Source of the DNA: Chiloscyllium plagiosum
Taxonomy: Eukaryota
DNA: 50,000 nucleotides
NCBI RefSeq assembly: GCF_004010195.1
Contig: NW_025214737.1
Location: 1-50,000, forward strand
Reading direction: 5' to 3'
This document shows positions 34,327 through 46,940 of this stretch, one piece after another. Position 1 is the stretch's first letter, and each line of letters starts with the position of its first letter. The notes beneath the pieces were generated by a model. The model saw only the letters and a program-made list of their open reading frames with translations. It had not been told where the DNA came from and ran no database searches. Position numbers and translations under genes: made by a program.

Positions 34327-37170
34327 CACAGAACATAGAAGAGTACAGCACAGAACAGGCCCTTTGGCCCACGATGTTGTGCTGAGGATTAATCCTAATC
34401 TGAAGTAAAATAACCTAATTTACACACCTCTGAATTCACTGCTGTCCATGTGCATGTCCAGCAGTCGCTTGAATGTCCCTAATGACTCTGCTTCCACCAC
34501 TACCATGCATGGCAATGCATTCCATGCATTCACAACACTCTGTGTAAAGAACCTACCTCTGATATCTCCTCTATACCTTCCTCCTAATATTTTCAAACTA
34601 TGACTCCTTGTACCAATCAATCCTACCCTGGGGAAAAATCTCTGGCTATTGCCTCTCATTACCTTGTATACCTCGATCAAGTCACCTCTCTTCCCCCTTC
34701 TCTCCAGAGAGAAACGTCCAAGCTTAGTCTTCGTAAGACAAGCCCTCCAGTCCAAGCAGCACCTGGTAAACCTTCTTTGCACCCTCTCCAAAGCCTCTGT
34801 ATCTTTCCCATAGTAGGGCGACTAGAATTGGACACAATATTCCAAGTGTGGTCTCACCAGGGACCTATAGAGCTGCAGCAAAACCTCGTGGCTCTTAAAC
34901 TCAATTCCCCCTGTTAATGAAAGCCAAAACATCATATGCTTTCTTAAAAACCCTATCCACTTGGATGGCAACTTTGAGGGATCAATGCACTTGAACACCA
35001 TGATTCCTCTGTTCCTCCACACTGCCAAGAATCCTGTCTTTAATCCTATATTCAGCATTCAAGTTTGACTTTCCAACATGCATCACTTCCCATTTATCCA
35101 GGTTGAACTCCATGTGCCGTTTTTTAGCCCCGCTCTGCATCCTGTCTATGTTGCGCTGCAGCCTGTAATAGCCCTCGATACTATCAACGGCACCTCCAAC
35201 CTTTGCATCATCGGCACATTTACAAACCCACCCCTCAACCTCCTCATCCAAGTCATTTATAAAATCTACAAAGAGCAGAGGCCCAAGAACAGAGCCCTGT
35301 GGGACACCACTCACCGCTGACCCGCAGGCAGAATCCTTTCCATCTACAACCTTCTGTCAGCCAAACAATTCTGTATCCAGACAACCAAATCTCCCTGTAT
35401 CCCATGCCTCCTGACTTTATGAATGAGCCTACCATGGGGAACCTTATCAAATGCCTTGCTGAAATCCATATCCACCACATCCACTGCTCGATCTTTGTCG
35501 GCCTGTCTCGTCACCTCCTCAAAGAAGTCAATAAGATTTGTGAGGCATGACCAGCTCCTCACAAAGCCATGTTGACTGCCTTTAATCATGCTATCACTTT
35601 CCAATTAGTCATAAATCCTACCTCTCAGAATTCTTTCCAAAACGTTGCTAATCACAGATTTACTGGCATGTAATTTACAGGGATTTCCCTATTCCCATTC
35701 TTGAAAAGAGGAACTACACTAGCCTCCCTTCAATCCTCCAGTATGACTCTTGTGGAGAGTGAGGAAGCAAAGATCTTCGTCAGCAGCTTAGCTGCCTCCT
35801 TTCTCATTTCCGGGAGCAACCTAGGATAAATCTGGTCTGGCCCTGGGGCCTTATCAATCTTAATGTTTGCCAAAATTTCCAGCACATCAACTTCATCAAT
35901 TTTGATCTGTTTCCCAGCTCCTCAAAGTTCTCATTCACAACAAGGTCCCTTTCCTTAGTGAAAACTGAAGCAAAAAAAACTCATTTAGGCCTTCTCCATC
36001 TGCTCAGATTCCACACACAAGTTCCCTTCGTTATCCCTGACTGACTCTACCTTCTCCCTGATCATTCTCTTATTCCTCACCTATGAGTAAAATGCCTTTG
36101 GGTTCTCTCTAATCCTCCCTGCCAAGCCTTTTTTGTGCCCACTCCTGGCTCTCTTCAGTCCATTTCTGAGCTCCTTTCTAGCAAGCCTGTAATCCTCTAA
36201 AGCTGTGCGAGATCCATGCTTCCTCCATCTTACGTAAGCTGCCTTCTTCCTTTTGCCGAGAAGCTCCTCTGTTCTCATCATCCAAGGCTCCTTAACCTTA
36301 CCCCTTCTTGCCTGTCTCAGAGGAACAAATTCATGCATCACTCACAACAACTGCTCCTCAAATAGTCTCCACATGCCTGCTGTACCCTTTCTGTGGAACA
36401 ATTGCTCCCAATATGTACTTCCCAACTCCTGTCTGAGAACATCATAATTTCCTTTTCCCCAATTAAATATCTTCCCTTAGTAACTGCTCCTTTTCCTATC
36501 CATGGCTACGGTAAATGCGAGGCATTTGTGATCACTGTCACCAAAATGTTCTCTCAACCCGAGATCTGACACCTGTCCTGGCTCATTGCCGAGCACCAAA
36601 TCCAAAATGGCATGTCACCTCGTTGGCCTGTCTACATACTGAGTAAGGAAACCCTCCTAAACACACCTGACAAAAACGGCTCCACCCAAACCATCTGCAC
36701 TAAGGAGGTTCCAGTCGATATTGGGAAGTTGAAGTTACTCATAACAACAACCCTGCTACATCTGCATTTTTCCAAAATCTGCTGGCCTATGAGTTATTCC
36801 ATCTCACTACTGCTATTAGGGGGTCTGTAGAAGACCCATAATGAGGTGGCTGTTCCCTTGCTGTTCCTAACTTCCACCTATACTGACTCAGTAGACAAAC
36901 CTTCCTCGACAACCTTCGTTTCTGTAGCTGTGATGCACTCTCCGATTAGCAATGGTACACCCCCTTTACCTTTTACACCCTCCCTGTTCTTTTTAAACAT
37001 TCTAAACCCTGGAACATCTAGCAACCATTCCTGCCCCTGTGAAATCCATGTCTCCATTACGGCCACAACATCATAGTCCTGAGTATTGATCCATGCTCCA
37101 AGTTCATCACTCTTATTTCTGATACTCCTTGCATTAAAGCAGACACACTTTAACTGATTCCTTTGTTTCA
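34327..37170 (-). mobile_element. CR1/HER1-type LINE, most of ORF2 (APE endonuclease + RT), frameshifted
   Basis: KCVCFNARSIRNK, VAVMETW; SQHGFVR..SCLTNL, DFSKAFDKVPH, SGVPQGSVLGPLLF, CADDAKVGG, RPHLEYCVQF; tail acagaacatagaa. Confidence 0.95.
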
Positions 37171-37179
37171 TCATGTGAA

Positions 37180-37929
37180 ACACTTTACAACTTCATGGAT
37201 TGAAAGAATCAGCAATAACTCTTTCTGGAATAAACTATTTCTTGAGATGAAAGAAACAAGGAGAAACTGTTTATAAAGTAATAAAAGCAATACATGATTT
37301 TAACCATTCCTGGAAAGAAAGAGCATAAACAAGCTGTTTCCTGGAAGAGCGGAGATTACAATTGCCTGATTATCTACTGCTTCGTGACAAATGCACAATT
37401 AAGACTGCCTGCAGAGGGAATGTTCTGAAGTAAAGGAGTTCATAACAGGATCAGCTGTGTTTTAAACAAGCAGCTAAGTCTTAATGTAACAAAGAACATC
37501 AGAGCTACTTCTGATAAGAAGGCAAGCTACAGACTTGAGGTCTCTAGAAATGTGATCAATGTTGGGGATCAGAGAATCTAAAGAATCATCAACGATGTCA
37601 CACCACAAACCGGAAAGAGAGAAAATTTTATAAGAATCCAATTTTTTAAGAATTCAGTGGCAGAACTTCGAAGAACAATACTGCGCAATGATCAAACTGT
37701 GGGCAATTCCACAGACAGATCCTGTTGGTTGGAATCCTGGCCATTAATCCACTATTAATTAGGTAAATAGCCAAGTTAGGTTGTAAGATTTAACTTGCTT
37801 ACTTGAAGAGTCTTATTTTGGTTGTTACGTGCAATAAAGTTTAAATCATTGTTTCAGTACTTGACTGTCTATGAGACTTGTTAATAAGTAGCTGAATTGA
37901 AGGTAACTTGTGGTGATTAACCCACAACA
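37180..37929 (+). mobile_element. LTR (left end probably truncated by the CR1)
   Basis: AATAAA at 37833-37838; ends ...cacaaCA at 37929, directly followed by a 2-nt spacer and a PBS. Confidence 0.6.
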
Positions 37930-37931
37930 AT

Positions 37932-37952
37932 TGGCATCCCTGACTGAGCTCG
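37932..37952 (+). other. Primer-binding site, tRNA-Asn-like
   Basis: TGGCATCCCTGACTGAGCTCG vs the complement of the vertebrate tRNA-Asn 3' end TGGCGTCCCTGGGTGGGCTCG (17/21, reference recalled from memory). Confidence 0.65.
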
Positions 37953-39240
37953 GATAAGAAGTAACTTTTCATTGCTCTGGAGTTGAATCTGCCAGCCTTG
38001 TATTCTCAGAAAGCCTGCCTGAACCTGAATTAAGAGGCAGTTAACCACCTGACAGCCCAGAATTCAATGGGGAAATGAGGATAGAGTGATCAATTTTCAG
38101 ATTTAATTGGAACATTTAAATTTTCTAATATTGAATTTGACATTGGAACTTAAGCTTTAATCATGGCAGACGATCAAGATAGCTTTCTTAACTAATACTT
38201 GAATAAGAAATTGCCAAAGTGCATAGAGTATTGGGAAGCTTGTGATGTTATGAGCCTCAGGATAGAATCAGTCAGCAAGTCCGTGGGAAAGCACATACCC
38301 AAAGACGATGGAACAATAGGACTGTGTTATCTTTTTGCAGAAATTTGGGGCATAAAGTGTACATTTAAGCAGAGAAATGCTGAAATAAATTCAAGTCAGA
38401 AAATGCAGAGATAAAACAAAAACTTGATGCCCAACAGCCTGTCATTTAGGAAAAATGCAGTTTTCCTGTCAGAAATCGCAAAATGAAATGGAAAGATTAA
38501 ATCCCGAGAGATTGTCAATCAAGAGAAGATAGTTTACCTTTCAAATGGTCAAAGTCAATTTGGGACAGTGAACAGAAATTAAGAGAAGGTGCAGAGAAAG
38601 TTCAGGAGTCAGAAGTGAAGACTCAGGAACTGGCAAGTAAATGTAAAAATCTCCAGGAAGCACTGAAAGTCCTGCATTAAGTATAGCTTGAGCAACATGT
38701 GCAGAATGCTGACCATTGTAAATGCCAATGAGAAATTAATGCCTTGATGCCCCAGCTTTCCACCCAGAGAGGGTGTCTCTGTGCTTGAGGACCTGATCCG
38801 GGAATGAAAGCAGTGATTCTGATTGGGTAGTGTTTGAGGATGAAACTGCATACTATTCAGATCAGGGCAGGGAATATGATTATAATCCTGACCCCAGCGC
38901 CACTCTATCATATTCAGATAAAGGTTCCTTCGATCTACCTATACCAGTCTGGTACAAGCCCAAAGTAAAGATAAAGATTTAATGAAAATCCAACAACACA
39001 AATGAGAGTAAGGCAATTGACCAGTAAGTGGGCCATAAACCAGATGTTTCAAGAAGTGAAACAAACAAACGACAGAATTTGAAACTAGATTGGTTAAGAG
39101 TGTGGATAAATTCGAGAGTCAGACACAATAAGGGGCTATCACCTGGCGTGTCAGAAGATAGCCCTTCTTTTCTGACATGCCTTAGAAGGCCTGGATAGAG
39201 CATTTATTGAAAACCAGGCCCCAAAACCCAATTGTATCCC
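37953..39240 (+). mobile_element. Leader and decayed gag-like region of the LTR element
   Basis: Purine-rich, follows the PBS, ATG at about 38163, multiple stops; cut off by the CR1 at 39245. Confidence 0.45.
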
Positions 39241-39244
39241 ATAT

Positions 39245-40425
39245 AAGTTCATAGATTCATACAGCCCAGAAAAATAAAACCCTTTGGCCCATCAAAACTG
39301 CACTGACATAACTACTACTAAAAGTGCACTCATCCTGATTTCCTCCACTTGACTCATAATTTTGAATGTTATGCTATTTCAGTTGCTTATCCAAATATTT
39401 TTTAAAGGTTGTAAGGTTTGCAGCCTGCATTCCCTTCCCAGCCAGTGCATTCCAGATTCCCACTAGCCACTGAGTGGAAAAGCTTTTCCTCACATTCCCT
39501 CTGAAGCTCTTGCCCCTTATCCTAAAACTATGCCTTTAGCGACTGACCCCTCAACCAAGAGGAGCAGCCGCTCTCGATTCACTCTGTCCATACCCCTCAG
39601 AATCTTATATGCCTCAATCATGTTTCCCCTCAGTCTTCTCTGCTCTAAAGAAAACAATCCAAGCCTATCTAGTCTTTCTTAATAGCTTAATTTCTCCATC
39701 CCAGTCAACATCCTGGTGAACCTCCTCTGTAACCCTTCCAGTGTTATCACATCCTTCCTGTAGTGAGGTGACCAGCACTGCACATAGTATTCTAGTTGTG
39801 GCCTGCCAGCTCTCTGTACAACTCCAACATTACCTCCTTGCTCTTATACTCTATGCCACGACCAATGAAAGCAAGTGTCTCATATGCCGCCTTAACTCTC
39901 CTATTCACACGCTCTGTCAACTTCAGAGATCTGTGAATAATCACCCCAGGATCCCTCCATTCCTCTCAGCTACCCAGTGTACTACCATTCATTAAATACT
40001 CCTCACCCTGTTACTTCTTCCAAAGTGCATCACTTCACATTTTCCAGGGTTAAAGGCCATCTGCCACTGGTCTGTCCTTCTGACCAACCCATCTATATCT
40101 TTCTGTAACCTACAACCATCTTCTTCACTATTAACCACTCTACCAATCTTGCTGTTGTCTGCAAATTTGCTAAACATTCCCCCTCCATTTCCATTTATAT
40201 CATTTATATATATAACAAACAATAAGGTCCCAGTTCTAATTCTCATGGTACACCACTGGACACCATCCTCTAGTCACTTAAGTAGCTTTCTACCATGACA
40301 CTTTTGTGTCTGTCACTAAGCCAGTTTCTGATCCAGCTCACTCAGTTTTCATCAGTTCCATGTACTTTAACCTTCTCAGTCTCCCACATGGGACCTTGTC
40401 TAAAGCTTTGCTAAAATCCATATAA
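39245..40425 (-). mobile_element. CR1 RT and 3' fragment
   Basis: LLFVIYINDI...SKFADNSKIG...FNPGKCEVMHFG. Confidence 0.9.
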
Positions 40426-40427
40426 AA

Positions 40428-40675
40428 AGTGGTTAGCACTGCTGCCTCACAACGCCAGGAACCCAGGTTTGATTCCAGCCTCGGGTGACTGTGCAAAGTT
40501 TGTACATTCTCCCCGTGTGTGCGTGGGTTTCCTCTGGGTGCCTCAGTTTCCTCCCATAATGTAAAGATGTGTAGGTTAGGTGAGTTAAAGATGCTAAATT
40601 GTCCATAGTGTTCAGGGATGTGTAGGTTAGGTGCATTAGTCAGGGGTAAATATAGAGTAATAGGGTAGGGGAAAG
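40428..40675 (+). mobile_element. HE1-type SINE (partial)
   Basis: agtggttagcactgctgcctcaca...HE1 core. Confidence 0.85.
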
Positions 40676-40687
40676 GGAGGATTATGT

Positions 40688-40782
40688 TCCTGGTGAAGGG
40701 CTTACACCTGAAAAGTCGACTTTTCTGCTTCGTAGATGCTGCCTGACAGGCTGTGCTCTTTCAGCACCACACTCATTGATTC
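40688..40782 (+). mobile_element. Decayed P1 Penelope-derived fragment
   Basis: cctggtgaagggcttacacctgaaaagtcga...gatgctgcctgac; core mutated. Confidence 0.7.
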
Positions 40783-41139
40783 AAATAATTAAGGGACATT
40801 TTTGGTGGAATGACATCTGGAATTGTGGATATCTGGAAATCTAAACACGGCCAAGTGGGATCATATTATTTCACATTTTGTTGTAATTCTGTTCAGAATG
40901 AGAATTGTAATGCTGAAATAGAGTTTATTATTCTATTTTTATTTTATGCATCTTTATTTCTTTGTTCATCTTTATTATTCTTGTGATTTATTTACTGATT
41001 ATTGTTATTCTGTAATTAATTTATTGATTATTGGTTTGCATATATCTGTACCACTTTACACAAACCGGGACACATATGCATCTTAGCCTCCATTCTTAAT
41101 ACCCTTTCACTGACTTCCAGGATGCCAGCCTGTTCACGG

Positions 41140-41295
41140 GCCATCAATAGACTCTTAATCCAAGTTTTGCATTTAATATTGAATTCAAATTCCACCATTT
41201 GCCATGGCAGGATTTGAAATCAGATCTCCAGTGCATTACCCGTGTCTCTGGTTTAATACTCAATTGATAATACCTCCAAGGACATCGCCTGCCCC
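41140..41295 (-). mobile_element. 5' half of the SINE family seen at 3642-3995
   Basis: tagactcttaat.caagttt..attgaattcaaattccaccat.tgcc..ggcaggatttgaa is the reverse complement of 3710-3772. Confidence 0.7.
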
Positions 41296-42254
41296 AAGCA
41301 TCCATTTTTTTGAAACTATCAATCACTGGCTTCAAATCGCACCTGATTGGCAGGAAGGACGTTCATTGCTGAAGAAAGCACATTGTACATCTTGGCCTCA
41401 AGCAATCAGAAGCATGATATTAGGTGTAACTAATTCCCTCCTTGCCACATTAATGAAGAAATTATCAAAACACTGAAAGGAGGAGCATGAGATTTCCAAT
41501 TCACAATACATTCCTTAGCCAGTAGTGGAAGGCAATACTTCACAGCTTATATTCTCACATTGAAACATTATTATGAGTGGACATGGTCTGTGATGTGGAA
41601 AAGAGCCTTTTCTTTTTAAAAGGGTTGCTTTCATCGTGGCTTACTAGCAGTATTCCAATCCCAAGGTGGAATTAAAACTTTGGTTATACAATTTAAGATT
41701 GGATAATACAATACACCTCAGAACTCCCAATCTGTGAGAGCATAACATAAGGCTTCATTGTGATGGAATTCCTCACAAATGATCTGCTCATGAATCTCAC
41801 ATGGAGATCACGATGGTTAAGATCCTGGGTATCACAGTTCAAGGATCCCTGACATCAGAGATTACCTGCAATCAAGAGTCTGTAGCTTGTGAAAGATGAG
41901 TAATGCTTGGTGATTGCAAATATTTCAACTGGGAATGTCTAAAGAGGCTTTTCATTTCTCCCATGGGTGTGACTTAACCAGGTACCCAGGTCCACCAGCA
42001 ACATTTGTACTATAGCATATCCTTTAACAGTGCAAGTCAATATATATTTGCAAAAGTGAAAGATTATGGAAAAGAATGTACTGTCCATGCCACCTATATG
42101 CCCTCAGTAAATTATTATTCCTTTGCCTCCTGCAATATATAAGTTCATACCTGAAAATCAAACAGGTTGCCTGCTGATCCAGCTCAACAATTGCTCATCC
42201 AGATTCCCATCCTGCACATATGGCACCAGTATCTCTGGGCATAATGGACAGTGA

Positions 42255-42886
42255 ACACACACACATATCGACCCATGCACGCATACACACATTCACACAC
42301 ACATACACATACACATTGACCCATACATACGCACACACACACTCCCATACATATTCACATTCACACACACACACACTCACTCAAAAACACATAATCACAC
42401 ACACACACTCACACACACACTCACAGTCACACTTACACACCCACACATTCAATATTCACACACACGCACTCATACACACTTTAACGGGCGGCACGGTGGC
42501 TCAGTGGTTAGCACTGCTGCCTCACAGCACCAGGATCCCAGGTTCGAATCCAGCCTTGGGTGACTGTCTGTGTGGAGTTTGCACATTCTCCCCGTGTCTG
42601 TGTGGGTTTTCTCCGGGTGCTCCGCTTTCCTCCCACAGTCCAGAGATGTGCAGGTCAGGTGAATTAGCCATGCTAAATTGCCCGTAGTGTTAGGTGCATT
42701 AGTCAGGGGTAAATGTAGGGGAATGGGTCTGAGTGGGTTGCTCTTCAGAGGATCGGTGTGGAATTGTTGGGCCTGAAGGGTCTGCTTCGACACTGTAGGG
42801 AATCTAACCTAATCTACATACACACACTCGCTCACTCAAACACGCATACTCTCACAATTACTCACTCACACATGCACACACACACA

Positions 42887-42920
<34 letters not shown>
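42255..42920. repeat. Degenerate (CA)n/(CT)n microsatellite field split by an HE1 SINE
   Basis: CA-rich tracts at 42255-42480 and 42817-42920. Confidence 0.9.
42486..42816 (+). mobile_element. HE1-type SINE, full length
   Basis: gggcggcacggtggctcagtggttagc...ggttcgaatcc...aatctaacctaatcta. Confidence 0.95.
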
Positions 42921-43823
42921 CTTCCTAAGCCCACAGACATTGGCATCCAACATGCACTACGCTCTCAGCATCATCATGACACATCCTGGATCCACTTAGA
43001 GTACATTTCTGTGTACTGGGGTCCACTCCAGTGCTGCACTTCGGATCGTATTGGAATGTTGTTGTCAGGAGTGAGATCCATTGCATTGAATTAACCAGGA
43101 GGCATTTTAGAATTCCTCACTTGCTCTCTTTGCACTCACTCACTTTGTGGTCACACCATGCCTCCTTGTCTTGCCCTTTGTCATTTTGTCCCCTCAGCCA
43201 TGCCTGAAAGGCTCACAATTCTTCTGGCTTGCTTTGCTGCTTAGCACAGATACAACGCCAGGTAGCTGATCATGGTTATCTGCAGTCTGCAGTCACAGGG
43301 TTGGACATGCTTGCTGTATGGTATTTGTTATGTCACTCTCACACGTACCGCATGCACAGTAACCTCTACAACAAAGATACTGCATGTGCGTCAACAAAAT
43401 AGTCATGTATGAAAGTCTAAGAGGAGTGGTTGTCAGTCACATCAAGGGGACTGCTGTCAGTCAGGGGGTCCTGGACAGGACATTCAGTGATCACAGTCCA
43501 GAGACTTGGCTATGGGCAGTCACCTGCCAGGGGCTGGCAGGTCAGGGGTACATATCATTACATTCAAGGATATTGCCACAGTTAGTCCTGCAGGCCCATT
43601 GCAAACATTCAGGAGATTTGTGGAACATCATTCAGGGATCGAGATCCAGGGTCTGATAAGTCATCAGTCGGGGCAGGAGTGTGGAACCATGGTCAATGGA
43701 ATTGAAATCAAGTGGCATTTAGTATGGAGTCACTGTTGTGGTAGGCAAGTGGGTAAACTCAATGCTGGGTTTTGGAGGTAGCAACCTGAGATGTAGAGGG
43801 CTTAAAAATCAAAAAGTGCGGCA

Positions 43824-43951
43824 CTTCATCAGGAATAATGAAGGGCTTATGCCCAAAACGTCGATTCTCCTGCTCCTCGGATGCTGCCTGACCCGCTGTA
43901 TCTTCCCAGTTCCGATTCTGCTCTCCAGCATCTGCAGTGCTCACTTTCTCC
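43824..43951 (+). mobile_element. Decayed P1 Penelope-derived fragment
   Basis: cttcatcaggaataatgaagggcttatgcccaaaacgtcgattctcctg...ctccagcatctgcag. Confidence 0.75.
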
Positions 43952-44469
43952 ATGTAGAGGGGATAAGGATGGTGAAAGGGGAAATTCAAAATTTAAGGAG
44001 GAGTGGGTGATAGGACATTGGAGGATATGGGATACTGCAGGAGGGAGAGTTTGTGACAGTCACCATCATTGCTTTTCTTTGTCAATAAGATTGAGACATT
44101 TAATCAGCTGCTCCTGGTACAACCCTCCCTTCCACTTTACTTCCTACTTTAATGCCGAAAAGGCAAATTCAGACCAGCCTGGTGGAAGAGTTTCATTAAG
44201 AGGGTGTAGTTGGGAACCCTGATACTTTCCCATCTCTGCACCGATTCCCATTCACACAACATGAGCATCACTGTACAGGCCAACATTTACTCCCCCTTGA
44301 CAACTGCCTTTGAGAAGGTAGTGTGAAGTACTCATAGTGCTGTTAGGAAGGCAGGTCCATCATGTTGACACAGCAAAAAGGCACATAAATAGATCTAGGC
44401 TATTCTGGATGGAAATGAGGAAAAACTTCAGAGATACAGTTGGGAAATTTATTTGCCTTCCCTGCATTG

Positions 44470-44700
44470 AAGTCAAGAGGACATTTGTAACTGATTGAAG
44501 CCCTCATGGGTGGCTGATTGTGAAATGCTGCAAAGATCTCTGGCAGACCCCTGGAATGAGCCAGCAACACAAACATGTACAGCCACTTTTACCATAGGTG
44601 CCACTGGCATGTGGATCTTGAGACTGTGATGCCAGATCTTCCATTATGGATCGCTGTGCAATTTTCCCCTGACCTGACAAAATATCCTTCCTCCCCTGGA
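44470..44700 (-). mobile_element. PIF/Harbinger (HARBI1-like) transposase remnant
   Basis: One minus frame reads PVAPMVKVAVHVCVAGSFQGSARDLCSISQSATH, resembling the Harbinger HTH motif 'GSFQ...GD..GISQS'. Confidence 0.6.
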
Positions 44701-44824
44701 TGTCTGAATCAGGATGGGCAAAGAGATGTACCCTTTCAAAAAAACTATCTCCATCCTCCAAGTTACTTGGGTGTTGGCCACTCACTAGGTGGAGAACGCC
44801 CTGCTCATCATTTTTCTGCTGAGA

Positions 44825-44940
44825 TGTCATAATCTTGCCCCTCAAGTCACTTTTACATCTTTCTTCTCTCACCTTAAAAATACGCCCCCGAGCTTTGAAC
44901 ACCCCCACCCTCGAGAAAAGACCTTTGCTATTGTCCATGG
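44825..44940 (-). mobile_element. Short CR1 fragment
   Basis: SKGLFSRVGVFKARGRIFKVREERCKSDLRGK. Confidence 0.7.
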
Positions 44941-45464
44941 ACTTTCTGTGGCTCACCTTTCTCACTTTTGAAGAGTGCGATATGTTTACAACCTCTCCAG
45001 AAGCCTTCTGTTAGCTCTAAAACTTTCGCCGTCGTAAATCATACAAGCCAAGTTCTGGAAATGACATGAATGAAAGTTGCCTCAGATTACAATCATTTGT
45101 ACTTTTTGAATGTCTGTAAGTTTTGTGAAGTGCACATGAGTAAAATGCATTTCACCCGTGTTCCCGTGAAATCTTTAATACAGATGTGGAGGGAGGACGT
45201 ATGAATCCAGGGCCCTACTGCCATTTTGAATAAGAAACAGGAGTTTCCATGACTCCACAAAAATCTGGTCCTGGGTCAATGGCAATTATAAACCTTCAGA
45301 TTGTTCATTTGTATTAGATGTTATTTATGGGTCTCAAGGGATATGTAACATGGCAGTGATACTCCATCCTGGATTCATCTCAGCAGTAAACAGCAATGGC
45401 ACATTTTTCACTTTGATCCCCAGTATGGACTGTTCCACCTTCTCCTAATTTGTGGTCAGGATAT

Positions 45465-45560
45465 GGAGGTGTTGGACTGGGGTGGAAAAAGTTAAAAACC
45501 ACACCACACCAGATTGTAGTCCAACAGGTTGAACTATAAGCTGGTGTTGTATGATTTTGA
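45465..45560. mobile_element. Decayed P2 inverted remnant
   Basis: gtgttggactggggtgga.aaagttaaaaa.cacac.acacca...actataa.ctggtgttgt.tgatttt. Confidence 0.7.
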
Positions 45561-45844
45561 ATCTGTGGTGGTATGCTTTGTCCTTCCTCATCTCTAAACA
45601 CTCACCCCATCTTCTCTTCTTTTGCATTGTCCACACCAAGCTTCTGCGTCTGGGTCAAAACATGAAATCAAAGGCCATGTAAATAAAGTTCCAAACTGAA
45701 GATGTCATTAAATGTTATTAAATGCCATTTCAAACATAGATTTGAATAATTAAACTAAGTAAACTCTGTCTCATAATTAAGAACAAAATGAAAACTAACA
45801 CCAACACAAAAAAAATACAATGAGCAATATAGTTATCACATAAG

Positions 45845-45995
45845 TTCTAACATTTAAAAGAAATTTGGATAAGTACATGATGAAGAAAGGTTTGGAGGGA
45901 TATGGGCAGGTGAGAGTAGTTTAGTTTGGGAACATAGTCAGCATGGACTGGTTGGACCAAAAGGGTCTGTTTCATTGCTATATGACTCTATGACT
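45845..45995 (+). mobile_element. CR1 3' end
   Basis: Matches 19950-20108; tail tatgactctatgact. Confidence 0.8.
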
Positions 45996-46350
45996 GTTGG
46001 CAAATTTAGAAATAGAATGTGAAACTGACACAGTAATCATAAACATAGTCAAAAGCCACATTCATTCAACTGTCTTTATCTATAAAAGCAGGTGTGGTTT
46101 CCAGGCAACTTAACCACACAATTGGAAGATTCAGGTTTATCAGGATTCATTGGATTTCCCAAATCAAGACAACACAGGTCTCAATTCTCCTGCAGGTGAA
46201 GTCAGCAAATATTTGAATGCCCTGGGGCTGAATCTTACATTCTTTTGACTGAGTTTGAGTTTGACATTTTAAAAGTTTACGCATAGGACATGGGTGTTGC
46301 TGGCTAGACAGCATTTATTGCTCAGTTAGATGGCGCATGGTGGCTGAGTG

Positions 46351-46676
46351 GGGTGGCACGATGGCTCAGTGGTTAGCATTGTTGCCTCACAGCGCCTGGA
46401 GCCCGGACGACTCGGGTGATTGTCTGTGTAAAGTTTGCACATTCTCCCCGTGTCTGTGTAGGTTTCCTCCAGATGCTCTGGTTTCCTCCCACAATCCAAA
46501 GATGTGCAGGTCAGGTGAGTTGGCCATGCTAAATTGCCCATAGTGTTCGGTGCATTAGTCAGGGGTAAATAGAGGGTCAGGGAATGGGTCTGGGCGGGTT
46601 ACTCTTTGGAGGGTTGGTGTGAGCATGTTGGGCCAAATGGCCTGTTTCCATACTGTAGGGAATCTAATCTAATCTA
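46351..46676 (+). mobile_element. HE1-type SINE, full length, inserted in a LINE tail (46285-46325 and 46677-46709)
   Basis: Head, core and (aatct)n tail; flanks join as cagcatttattgc / tagttgcc.ttgagaaggtgg. Confidence 0.92.
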
Positions 46677-46709
46677 TTTCCTGTTCTTAGTTGCCATTGA
46701 GAAGGTGGC

Positions 46710-46940
46710 TGAAATAATTTCGTAGAGGCCAGTATCCTGTCACTATGTTACCCTTTACACATGCAGAGCCCTTGACACTCAGTCAGCTCCCTCAGAGCCA
46801 ACTCTCAATGTGAACAAGAGTCTGACACTCCTATTCCTATCTGTTAATTAGGGCTTCCAGATTGGATCAGAAAAACAGGCCCAATAAGGGAACTCATATA
46901 CTATGATGCCCACCTGGCTAACCTCATTACAATTACCACA
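46710..46940 (-). mobile_element. 3' LTR of the Mag-type Gypsy element
   Basis: Minus strand begins TGTGGTAATTGTAATGAGG right after the purine tract agagggcaagggaa and ends ...attattTCA; 231 bp. Confidence 0.7.

Noticed and set aside
42220..42687. 155-aa His/Thr-rich ORF
   Set aside because: Translation of a (CA)n field running into an HE1 SINE.
44504..44965. 153-aa ORF as a novel protein
   Set aside because: Chimeric read-through of a CR1 piece and an off-frame Harbinger remnant.
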